Source: Candidatus Freyarchaeum deiterrae (GTDB lineage: Archaea > Asgardarchaeota > Jordiarchaeia > Jordiarchaeales > Jordiarchaeaceae). From it: a stretch of DNA of 64,000 nt. A program made the position numbers and the translations under genes. The notes under the pieces are model-generated. The model was given only the letters and a program-made list of their open reading frames with translations, did no database searches and was not told where the DNA came from. This document shows positions 49,881 through 58,662 of this stretch, one piece after another (the stretch's first letter is position 1; each line of letters begins with the position of its first letter). The DNA is taken from NCBI GenBank assembly GCA_037305845.1, contig CP147778.1, forward strand, positions 1,984,001 to 2,048,000, written 5' to 3'.

Positions 49881-51182
49881 ATGGAAGAATTAAGACAAAT
49901 AATTGAAACAGAATTTACAGTTTCAGATTACTACATGGATGTTGATGGAACACCAGTATTTCTCCTACCCCCGAACCAGGAAACAAAGGTTCCATTCCAG
50001 AGACTAATAGAAAAGTTGAAAACATACAAAATCATGGCGATTCTACGCCACTCATCCCAGCTCAAACGAGAATATAATTTGTCTCCTGCTCTAGAAGCTA
50101 AAAACGAAAAACAAATGCTCGCCTTAAAAGTTATTCCAAAGAGTGTGGAGGGTAAACGGAAAGGACCTGTATGGAATCTTGCTTTTCTAATTGCTACAAT
50201 TTGCACGGTAGCTTTAGCTGGATATTTTTGGGCAAACCAGTACAATCCCACAGGTATACTCATAAGCTTAATATCTGGGCCTTTGTATGGATGGTATACT
50301 GACCCTCTTTTATTAACTATTGGTTTTACAGCGATTTTGCTTTCAATACTTGGAACCCATGAGTTGGGACACTACATTACTTCAAAGAAAAAAGGAATAG
50401 AGGCTTCTCTACCATTTTTCATACCATTTCCTCCTTATATTTTCGGCATTCCTACTTTGGGAACTATGGGTGCTGTGATATTTCAGCGAAGTCCTTCCAT
50501 TAATAGAGACCACTTATTCGATCTAGGTCTAATGGGTCCCTTAACCGGTTTTATAATTGCTCTCTTTATGGCTGTTTTATCAATTAAGCTTAGTCCACTA
50601 ATTTACCCAAACGTACTCTACACCTTATACCAATTGGAGTACCAGCTTTCTTCGGTCGAGTATAATTTTGTGATAAACGTTTACAATACTTATTCCCCAG
50701 CAATAGCATTAGTACTCGGTCAGTACTTGGTGAGTTCTGGAAGTTGGCCTGTGCTTTTTATTGGCCCAAGCATATTTCCAGACTCATTAATTCTTACATT
50801 CCTTGTTTCTCTACTGAGGCCTGAAACAGCGTTTAGCTCTATTTTTCTAAGTCCTTTGTATTTTGCTGTTTGGGTAGGTTTTGCTGTTACAGCTCTAAAT
50901 TTGGCTCCATCTGGCATGCTTGATGGCGGGCACATGTTACGAGCGATTCTGAGTAGGCGTGCGCACTATATCGCTTCCATAATTATAGCAATTATACTGG
51001 TAACTATAAGCTGGATAGGTATCCCCATAGCTGCAATGGCGTTAATTTCAATTAGAAGAACAGGACATCCTGGTGCTTTGGATGAGGTTTCTCCCTTAAA
51101 AACTTCTAGAAAAATAATATTCATAGTTATGATGTTTATACTTGTAATATCTATTCCACCCATATCTTGGTTTTATCTATAA
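49881..51182 (+). CDS. Site-2 protease (M50) family, tandem paralogue
   Basis: HELGH, LPFFIP, GTMGAVI, LN..P.G.LDGGH; shares the N-terminal DG.P.F.LP..QETKVPFQ motif with the upstream gene. Confidence 0.93.
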   Translation: MEELRQIIETEFTVSDYYMDVDGTPVFLLPPNQETKVPFQRLIEKLKTYKIMAILRHSSQLKREYNLSPALEAKNEKQMLALKVIPKSVEGKRKGPVWNLAFLIATICTVALAGYFWANQYNPTGILISLISGPLYGWYTDPLLLTIGFTAILLSILGTHELGHYITSKKKGIEASLPFFIPFPPYIFGIPTLGTMGAVIFQRSPSINRDHLFDLGLMGPLTGFIIALFMAVLSIKLSPLIYPNVLYTLYQLEYQLSSVEYNFVINVYNTYSPAIALVLGQYLVSSGSWPVLFIGPSIFPDSLILTFLVSLLRPETAFSSIFLSPLYFAVWVGFAVTALNLAPSGMLDGGHMLRAILSRRAHYIASIIIAIILVTISWIGIPIAAMALISIRRTGHPGALDEVSPLKTSRKIIFIVMMFILVISIPPISWFYL

Positions 51183-51545
51183 TTTTCAATATATTAGCTT
51201 ATAACTAAAAATTCACTCTCAAAAGGATGCAGATGCAAAGCTTCTTTCGTACATTAGCTGTGGATAGAATAAAATATTCCAAAAAGTTAAAATGCTAGAA
51301 CTGAGACGCCACAGGGTATTCTCCTTATTAAATCGTCTTTTTTAATTGTGTTGAACGCGTCTTCGAAGGATTCCACTACGGATTTTACTGGGATTATTCT
51401 GTAAACTTTTTCCAAATATTTTGTAGGCGTTTCTATAATCATGTATATTTTCGTTTTCTAAAGGCTCCTAGGCGAATATGAATTTTTAAAATTAAAAATT
51501 TCTTTTAAAAAAGCGCATAAAACCACTATGCATAGTTTAAATTTT

Positions 51546-52793
51546 TTAGAGATAGTCGTCTATAATCTTTTGAGCGTTGAGGAACTTTAAAAGTTGGCTA
51601 CTCTTTTCCCATTCCTTCCACGGTATTTCTAAGTTATTTTTAATATATTGGATAGATTCTTCCAAGCTGGTAAATTTTAAGGGGGTTTTTCTCATGGCGC
51701 TTCTTACCGTTTCTCGAATAACCCAGACTCCTAGTGGTACTATGTATCCTGGATGGACTTCTCTAAAAACCACTGTTGCGGCTTGTCGTCTAATTCGTGA
51801 AAGGTACTCTGCAACAGCTAGACGTGCAGCGTAGTAAGCACCTGTAACTCTGGACGCGTAACTCTTTCTACCAGTGTAGAATTCGTGATCCTGTACAATA
51901 ACCGGCTCGTATCCCTTTGCCAGCCACGCGCTTCCCGGATACCATGCCTCCAACTGTTCGAAACTCCAGACTCTAGGCGTCATCAGTATTAAGAAATGAT
52001 TGTCGAGATAACTCTCCTTAAAAACTAGGTATTCCCCTAACTCAGGGTAATCTTTTATTTCTTCGACCAGTACTTTGCTTGATATATCGTCTGTCGCTGT
52101 TATGGACCATCTTGTCGGTACTAGTTTTCTGCTCTTTAAATCCCCTAACAGACCAGACGACAGAAGTCTATGAATATAGTTTACCGAAAAACCGTTAGAA
52201 TAAAGTTCAGCTACCGCATCCACGGTTTTCAGTTCAGTATCCGATACTATGGAATCAACTCTTCTGGGGACGAAGGGTTCACTCGCTAAAGATATGTTCT
52301 TAACAGGTGCTGTGGGACCCATGGGTTGAGAGTGGCTGTCAAACTCTATTCTTATTTTGGGTTCCTTTTCTAGAACCGCTTCCGCGTCAACGGGTTTAGC
52401 AGCCATAGCTATCTCCTGACCCGTCGCCAAAAGTCGGTTTCCATAATTTTTCTTCACATTTACTCTAAAGGACGTTCTAACCAACATCATCCTAAAGTTC
52501 ACTATCTCCTCTATGGTTTTTCCGAACCATTGCTGATCCACATCATCAAGAATTGCACTATCTTCCCCGGTTATCGGAGGAATCATTGGCCCCGCGAGTA
52601 CATTAGGATACTTTTGATGACCGACAAAAAAGGACGGAGGAGACGAACCCGATATTTCTTTAGAGAACGTGAGACGTTTAATCGGTATAGCCGCGTACTG
52701 TTTTAACAGGATTGGACACTTCGGCTTGCCGCATAATAGCCTCGACCCCTTACAAATTACACATAATTCCTTACTAAAATTGGGTCTTACCAT
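51546..52793 (-). CDS. nreA: Nre-family PCNA-interacting DNA repair protein
   Basis: C..CKG..LLCG...CP, GSSPPS.FVG, LVPTRWSITA.D, GAYYAARL, P.GVW..RE; C-terminal PIP-like QKIIDDYL. Confidence 0.93.
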   Translation of the reverse strand: MVRPNFSKELCVICKGSRLLCGKPKCPILLKQYAAIPIKRLTFSKEISGSSPPSFFVGHQKYPNVLAGPMIPPITGEDSAILDDVDQQWFGKTIEEIVNFRMMLVRTSFRVNVKKNYGNRLLATGQEIAMAAKPVDAEAVLEKEPKIRIEFDSHSQPMGPTAPVKNISLASEPFVPRRVDSIVSDTELKTVDAVAELYSNGFSVNYIHRLLSSGLLGDLKSRKLVPTRWSITATDDISSKVLVEEIKDYPELGEYLVFKESYLDNHFLILMTPRVWSFEQLEAWYPGSAWLAKGYEPVIVQDHEFYTGRKSYASRVTGAYYAARLAVAEYLSRIRRQAATVVFREVHPGYIVPLGVWVIRETVRSAMRKTPLKFTSLEESIQYIKNNLEIPWKEWEKSSQLLKFLNAQKIIDDYL

Positions 52794-53216
52794 CTATCTC
52801 TTATCCCTAAAAAGCCTATTTAGAGATTCACTTAACAAACAGAGCTTTTAATTAAAACCTGTCAAGCTCATATTTAACTTCAGTAAGTACAACACTAATT
52901 AATATTTTGAAATCATAATGAATTACACCGGTTTTGCCATCCAAAATTATCTGCTGCTCGTCTTAACAAAGCAATGGGAAAAAACCAAACGAAATCAGTT
53001 TTAATCTAATAAAACCGATTAAAAATCTGGATTAAATATAGATACTCTTGTCCGGCAGGTTAGCTAAGTGCTTTCTATCAAATAACTATGCTACTTTAGC
53101 ATGTAGTTTGAAAAACCTAGAAAAAATACTTGCGTACTAAAGTGGATTTATTTTTCCGGTGATGTTATGGACTGCTGTTTGTTTAGTATACACTTTAGAA
53201 AAAATAAAGGGGAAAT

Positions 53217-53540
53217 TTAGATCTCAGGAACAATTCCGCCTAGAGCAAAGATTCTCTGCTTCTTGCTTGTTATTTCTCTATTCAGCTTCATTGCTTGGCT
53301 CATAAATTGGACATAGTTTCTGTCTCTGTCTTCTGGAGTAATTTTACCGTACATAAAATCAGAATCCATTTGTTGGAGTTGCTCCTGTATCTTATCTTTC
53401 TCCTTTTTCAATTGGTCTATCTCTGTCTTAAGTGAACCTATCTCATTTGCTTCCTTGGATGTAACTTTCACAGGTTCAATGGTTGGTCCGCCGCCGAAAA
53501 GGTTTCTGAAGAACGCTACTACTCTATCCATTATACCCAT
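53217..53540 (-). CDS. Small protein with N-terminal amphipathic helix and helical hairpin
   Basis: GGAGG before ATG 53540; MGIMDRVVAFFRNLFGGG, then a coiled coil with F.YGKITPED. Confidence 0.75.
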   Translation of the reverse strand: MGIMDRVVAFFRNLFGGGPTIEPVKVTSKEANEIGSLKTEIDQLKKEKDKIQEQLQQMDSDFMYGKITPEDRDRNYVQFMSQAMKLNREITSKKQRIFALGGIVPEI

Positions 53541-53561
53541 TCTATACAACCTCCAGTTATT

Positions 53562-54410
53562 TTACATGCCCATAACGGCTTTCCTAATTAATTCATAAAG
53601 CTTCATACGGTTCATAGGATCTATAGCGACAATACCCTGCGTTTCAGCTTCCAGAATTTGGCTTACTTTCTCCGGAGGCAAAGCGTTAGGTAAGTCTTGT
53701 TTATTAGCGATACTTAAAATATTAGCCTCAGGTTCAACCTCTCTAATTAAACGAACGAAGTACCGTGATTTTACGACGTTTTCCAAGGTGGAGTCTGTTA
53801 CTATAATGATTAGAGATGAGTCCCGAATAAACTTGTCCCACGTTAACTCGAATCTTTCTTGCCCCGCGAGATCCCAGCATATCAAAGATGTGTTTCCGAT
53901 TTTTGCTCCTTTAACACCCTTTATCCCAACCCCAATTGTGGGAATATGGTCTTTGGGGATTTCTTCCTCCCTTAAGAGCTTCAGAATGGTTGTTTTCCCT
54001 ACACCGCTGTAGCCTATCAGAGATATCTTTAGATATGTTATAGTTATGTCGTCGACAAGGGGTTCGAATGTTTGGAAATGTGAAGAATCACCTTTCCATT
54101 GTGGTATCTCCTTTTGAAAGTTTTTTAAGAAGGTGTCTTTTAGTGATTGTAGTTTTTCTTTCATTTCTTGTATTGTGTCACGTTTATCTGCTTCTAGAGT
54201 GAATACGATTCCATCTGAGTTGGAGTAGTATATTCTCGTGTTTTTCAGGTTCATAAATTCTATGTTTCCGTTTAGTCCCAGTTTTGGCACGAGTATTGCT
54301 AAGGCACTTACGAATATAGTTAGAATATCTGCTGCTATGTTAGTTTGTCCGTATCTTTTATGGAACATGGGATCTCCATTGGAATTTAGAATAGACACCT
54401 CTCTAATCAT
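53562..54410 (-). CDS. Longin domain fused to an Arf/Ras-superfamily small GTPase
   Basis: Longin MI..V.ILN..G..MF...Y ... F..F...VD.I; GTPase GYSGVGKTT, PTIG, WDLAGQERF, ANKQDLPNAL. Confidence 0.9.
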   Translation of the reverse strand: MIREVSILNSNGDPMFHKRYGQTNIAADILTIFVSALAILVPKLGLNGNIEFMNLKNTRIYYSNSDGIVFTLEADKRDTIQEMKEKLQSLKDTFLKNFQKEIPQWKGDSSHFQTFEPLVDDITITYLKISLIGYSGVGKTTILKLLREEEIPKDHIPTIGVGIKGVKGAKIGNTSLICWDLAGQERFELTWDKFIRDSSLIIIVTDSTLENVVKSRYFVRLIREVEPEANILSIANKQDLPNALPPEKVSQILEAETQGIVAIDPMNRMKLYELIRKAVMGM

Positions 54411-54424
54411 TTCCTTTTTTTCCT

Positions 54425-55501
54425 CTACATTGGGTAACTATCTCTTAGAGCTTTTAAATGCCATAATAACATTCTGGGAGGCTTAACCTGATCGTTATAC
54501 TGTTGACCTATCTGTTCCACTAGGTATTCCGGGAAGAATGTCATGATCTTGACATCAGTTTTCAGTGCTACATGCGACTTTTTCTCGACTTTGACATCCA
54601 TCGTGAAGCCTGCCTTATCGAAGGCATCCAGAATACTGTCTACCACTGATTTCTTTTTATCAAGTAATTTGTGAATCTCACCTTTGGGAAGAATGTTCTC
54701 TCTAAGTGCAACTAAGACATCGTAAGCGTCTGGATCCGCAAGTATCTTGGTTATTGTTTCTGTATCCTCAGGCGAAACAACATAGTCCCTAAAAAAGTTT
54801 TTAACTTCATCTAGATAATCAGAAGCAACCTCAGGACCCAGCTCTCCTGATTTAGCCTTTTTCACTATTCCTCTAGCGGGAACTCTAGCTATAAAAACAT
54901 CCCTTATTAGAAAGACGCATTGACTAGGTAGTCCTTCAACCCATTGTGTGGTGACAAGACCATTCTTGATAAGAGGCGCTAGGAACGAGTAGAGCTCTAT
55001 CGCTTTGACGTCTAGCTTGTGTTTCAGCCAGATTTCCAGATCTGACATAGTTGTGTTTCCTTCCTCTATTAATCGTTCGATTATATTCAATCTAACAGGA
55101 TCCGATAGAATCACAGACATTTTTTGTTCTTCACTCAGAGTTGGGAATCTGGTCAGTTTATTATACAAATCTTCTAATTCTGCCTTGTACGCCTCATTCT
55201 CTAACTTTGAGAATATGTGAGCTGCTATCTCAGCCAATCCGTCTTCATAATCATCCGCGTTCTCTTCCAATGTGAGAAGAAGCGCGACATAGTAGTTTAG
55301 TTCCCATCCTCCGTAATACGATGCGACGTTCAAGTTTCCGAGTCTCATTGACATAAATCCTGCGGCAGCCTCACCCATAGCGTGGGCTGTGTATATTTTC
55401 ATTATCTGGTCATCTGTTGTTCGTATGTGTTCAGGAAATCTCGCTTCTAGAACTGCTCCGAGACGGTTGTCCCATTTTACAACTATAATTCCGAAAGGCA
55501 T
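54425..55501 (-). CDS. uDENN/longin-like domain plus two winged-helix-like repeats
   Basis: GIIVVKWD..LGA.L...FP N-terminus typical of uDENN/NPR2-type longins; two D..(R/A)..I/V...L.E repeats with wHTH spacing. Confidence 0.65.
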   Translation of the reverse strand: MPFGIIVVKWDNRLGAVLEARFPEHIRTTDDQIMKIYTAHAMGEAAAGFMSMRLGNLNVASYYGGWELNYYVALLLTLEENADDYEDGLAEIAAHIFSKLENEAYKAELEDLYNKLTRFPTLSEEQKMSVILSDPVRLNIIERLIEEGNTTMSDLEIWLKHKLDVKAIELYSFLAPLIKNGLVTTQWVEGLPSQCVFLIRDVFIARVPARGIVKKAKSGELGPEVASDYLDEVKNFFRDYVVSPEDTETITKILADPDAYDVLVALRENILPKGEIHKLLDKKKSVVDSILDAFDKAGFTMDVKVEKKSHVALKTDVKIMTFFPEYLVEQIGQQYNDQVKPPRMLLWHLKALRDSYPM

Positions 55502-55797
55502 AATCAAACATCCTCTCTAGAGTTTTTTACATTAAGATTATTATGGTTACCTTTACGTATTTAAAATTTTAATACTTTTCTAAGCGTTTTGTACTAATCT
55601 CTTATTTTCATATGATTCGCTTTCCCGCAAAAGGTGGTAAAAAATTTGCGAAGTTTGTCTAATAATTTTTAGGGTAATGAGAATATAAGAACTTTTTCGT
55701 GCTTTTAAGTTGAATTTCAACAGAGTTCAGATGCATAGAGAGAAATAAAAACGATAACACAGTTCGCTATAACACATCTATAATCATTAATCAAAAA

Positions 55798-56436
55798 TCA
55801 ATTTACTGAGCTTTTTTCTTCTCTAATATACTCTTTTGCCAGATTATAATCCGCTTCATCTACATATCCCAAATTCCGAAGTATTTCCAGAAGTTGACTA
55901 ATAGAAACAACTGTGTGCAATTCAATTCTCTCCCTGTCTAAATTTTCTCTGCCACCTTGTTCCCTATCTAGCAACGCGACAGCATGTTTCACTATTCCTC
56001 CACTCTCCCGTATCGCCCCAGCAGCACTAATTAGACTTTTCCCCGAGGTAACCAAATCATCCACAAGCACTACATTATCATTAGGATTCAGAACTCCCTC
56101 AATCATTCGGGCTTTTCCGTGAGGTTTAGGTTCCTTTCTTACGTAAATCAATGGCAAACGAAGTTTATGACTAGTAAGAGTAGCTATAGGCAAACCAGCA
56201 GTCGGAACACCCGCAATCTTGTCTACTTCTGAAATTTCTTTCTGAATTATTCTGGCATAGATTTCGCATAACTTGTCGAAAATATCAGGGTACGAAATAA
56301 AAAGCCGCATATCAATATAGAAGGGCGATTTTTTACCAGAGGTTAGCAAGAATTCGCCGAATTTTAGAGCATCTGTCTGCTTAATAAACTCGCTAGCCAT
56401 CTTCATATACTTCTGCTTCTGTTTTTCCCAGGACAA
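55798..56436 (-). CDS. pyrE: Orotate phosphoribosyltransferase
   Basis: KFGEF.LTSG.KSP.YID.R, YVRKE.K.HG, VDDLVTSG.S. Confidence 0.96.
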   Translation of the reverse strand: MSWEKQKQKYMKMASEFIKQTDALKFGEFLLTSGKKSPFYIDMRLFISYPDIFDKLCEIYARIIQKEISEVDKIAGVPTAGLPIATLTSHKLRLPLIYVRKEPKPHGKARMIEGVLNPNDNVVLVDDLVTSGKSLISAAGAIRESGGIVKHAVALLDREQGGRENLDRERIELHTVVSISQLLEILRNLGYVDEADYNLAKEYIREEKSSVN

Positions 56437-56638
56437 ATTACTAGCTCCTTATACTTTATTATTGAGAGAAAGATAAGAAATTATTTAATATTTTCTAAGC
56501 CACAAAATTATAGGTTAAATTTTTAGATACATGATATCTGTGTAGAGATGTTAATCAAAATAAAATGGGTTAATATATTGAAAATTGGATATTAAAACGT
56601 AAAAGGTTATTCATTGTTACGGTCTGGGAATTGAATGC

Positions 56639-57229
56639 TTGGAGGCAATATTCTTGAGCAAAAAGAGCCAGAAGAGAGAAGCAATTGTGACTTTAGTTTG
56701 GATCATAGTAATCGCTGGTCTACTATTGGGAGGATTTCAATTGTTAAGAGTATATCTTAACACGGACGCGCCCTTTAGAATAATCAGCGATCAACCTTCC
56801 AGTATGGCACCAAATATGTACTATGGTGATGTTGGCGTAATACAAAATGTTCCTCCATATCAAATTGGTATCGGCGATGTTATAGTATTTAATGCATACA
56901 ACTGGTATCTTTACAACTACACAATTCCTCCTGCGCCCGTAATGCATAGGGTGATTGATGTGAAGTTTGAAGATGGCCAATTTTGGTACAAAACTTGGGG
57001 TGATAATCGATTAACAAATCCTACTCCTGATCCCGGTTGGACTCCTGACTGGCTGGTTTACGGTAAAGTTATACTAACGTTGCCCCGTATAGGTTTGGTT
57101 TCAATCTGGTTCAATGAAGGAGGCTACATTCTTGTAGTAGTTATTCTCGCTATTTTCGCAGTGGTTTACGGTATATGGGAGTCAGAAAAAGAAGTACCAC
57201 TTTCGGATCAGTCTGACAAGTCAGATTGA
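56639..57229 (+). CDS. sec11: Signal peptidase I, Sec11/S26B type
   Basis: N-terminal TM, SM.P...GD, GDVIVF, VMHRV, T.GDN, GKV...P.IG, C-terminal TM. Confidence 0.9.
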   Translation: MEAIFLSKKSQKREAIVTLVWIIVIAGLLLGGFQLLRVYLNTDAPFRIISDQPSSMAPNMYYGDVGVIQNVPPYQIGIGDVIVFNAYNWYLYNYTIPPAPVMHRVIDVKFEDGQFWYKTWGDNRLTNPTPDPGWTPDWLVYGKVILTLPRIGLVSIWFNEGGYILVVVILAIFAVVYGIWESEKEVPLSDQSDKSD

Positions 57230-57413
57230 GCAAAAATATTTTTATTAATTTTATTTTATTCCTAATTATATTTAAAATATATAATACATGATTTTATTTA
57301 TTATTTATTTTTAATTCATATATTTAATTAACAGTATTTTATTTATTATTAACATAATTATTCTCTTAACTACTTTTCATGTGTTAAAAATAACAATTTA
57401 CTTTTAAGAGATA

Positions 57414-57427
57414 TTGCATATATGCAA
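57414..57427. promoter_or_regulatory. Perfect 14-bp palindrome TTGCATATATGCAA in an AT-rich spacer; possible operator
   Basis: Exact dyad about 150 nt upstream of the 57577 ORF. Confidence 0.35.
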
Positions 57428-57576
57428 GTTTTAGTTAAACATAATATTAAATAGTTATTATAAATCTTGTTTTTTTTCACTTATAAGTTAATAAAAAGCT
57501 TTAAAAATGGGTATGATAATATCTTTCGGTAGCTAAAAGAGGGAATTGACCTAATTGAGAGCGAGGTGAACCCCAA

Positions 57577-58284
57577 ATGGTCAAGATCTCGCACTTAAAA
57601 CAGATGTGGATTTTTCTAACAGTTGGTTTAATTATACAGTTCTTCGGAATATTCTTAGCTGGTAGAATCGCTTACGTGCCAGTTGCTGGGTCAGTCCTGT
57701 CTATTATCGGTCTAAGCTATACCTTCAAAAAAGCAAGTTTTTACGCTTTCATTGATTTACTAATATACGGCTTAATAACGCTGGTAATAGCAGTTGCCAT
57801 AGGCATCGTATGGTGGAATATATTTCTCACAATACCTAGCATCAGCGCGGCAGCTATGGCGTGTTACATCTCTATATCCTCCAAGTTTGAAGGAAAACCT
57901 GTAACAACCACCTATAATCCCAAAGAACAATTACTGTATCAGTTTACTCGATTTCAATTATATAAATTAGCAAAACAAAATGATATATCACCGGTCTCTA
58001 TGAAATGGAGAAAAGAAAAAATCGTAAAAACTATTTCCAGTAATTTGAATTTAAAGAGAATTGAACTTCAGGCCCTAACAACACTCAACTTAGCAAACGA
58101 AGAAGAAGAAAAAAAAGAGGTTAAAGGAGCCCATGTAACCCCAACAATAGGGGGAGCACTGTTAACTATTAGTTCATACATGACCCTTGCGGCAATAGCT
58201 TCACTCATACCTATGGCTTTTCTTGGAGGCGCCATGCTTATCGAAGGAATAATGGCGCACGCAGGTTTAATTCGCTCCATTTAA
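57577..58284 (+). CDS. Membrane protein with a central HeH/Rho-N-like motif
   Basis: About 4 N-terminal TMs, soluble FTRFQLYKLAKQNDI......RKEKIVKTI, hydrophobic C-terminus. Confidence 0.6.
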   Translation: MVKISHLKQMWIFLTVGLIIQFFGIFLAGRIAYVPVAGSVLSIIGLSYTFKKASFYAFIDLLIYGLITLVIAVAIGIVWWNIFLTIPSISAAAMACYISISSKFEGKPVTTTYNPKEQLLYQFTRFQLYKLAKQNDISPVSMKWRKEKIVKTISSNLNLKRIELQALTTLNLANEEEEKKEVKGAHVTPTIGGALLTISSYMTLAAIASLIPMAFLGGAMLIEGIMAHAGLIRSI

Positions 58285-58342
58285 AAAAAGTTATTAGACA
58301 AAAGAAACTAAGGCTCAGTTACAACTTGAAGGTTGAAAAATC

Positions 58343-58543
58343 ATGTTCATTGAACCATGGACTTTGAACCCTAATCTAGGATACTTACTATTCTTACTCG
58401 GAATTATAGCCCTTATCTGGCTGGTCTTAACAGTAGAATATAGCCCCAGATATTCCAAATTTCAAATTGCTGTAGCAATTATTTTACTATCCTTCTTTTT
58501 CGCATTCGGAATACAAATTATACTTATTTCATCTGGATTATAA
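58343..58543 (+). CDS. Ost5/TMEM258-like two-TM protein (oligosaccharyltransferase accessory subunit)
   Basis: NP....L..LG.....W......S.RY.....  ..SFF.AFG..I.L...GL follows the TMEM258 pattern. Confidence 0.65.
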   Translation: MFIEPWTLNPNLGYLLFLLGIIALIWLVLTVEYSPRYSKFQIAVAIILLSFFFAFGIQIILISSGL

Positions 58544-58662
58544 CGTACCCCTACCCCAAGGGTTGGAAATTTGGGGCCCCAATCTTTCTTTAAGTAAACA
58601 ATCAAGATTAATCTTTTTGTTTATTCGAGGAAAACAGCACCGAATTAGTCGTTGATGTTTTT

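Noticed and set aside
57235-57500. Replication origin
   Set aside because: AT-rich, but no ORB repeats or adjacent orc1/cdc6.
58545-58590. CCCCAA...TTGGGG hairpin as tRNA fragment or att site
   Set aside because: No tRNA arms recognisable; more simply a terminator-like hairpin between convergent genes.
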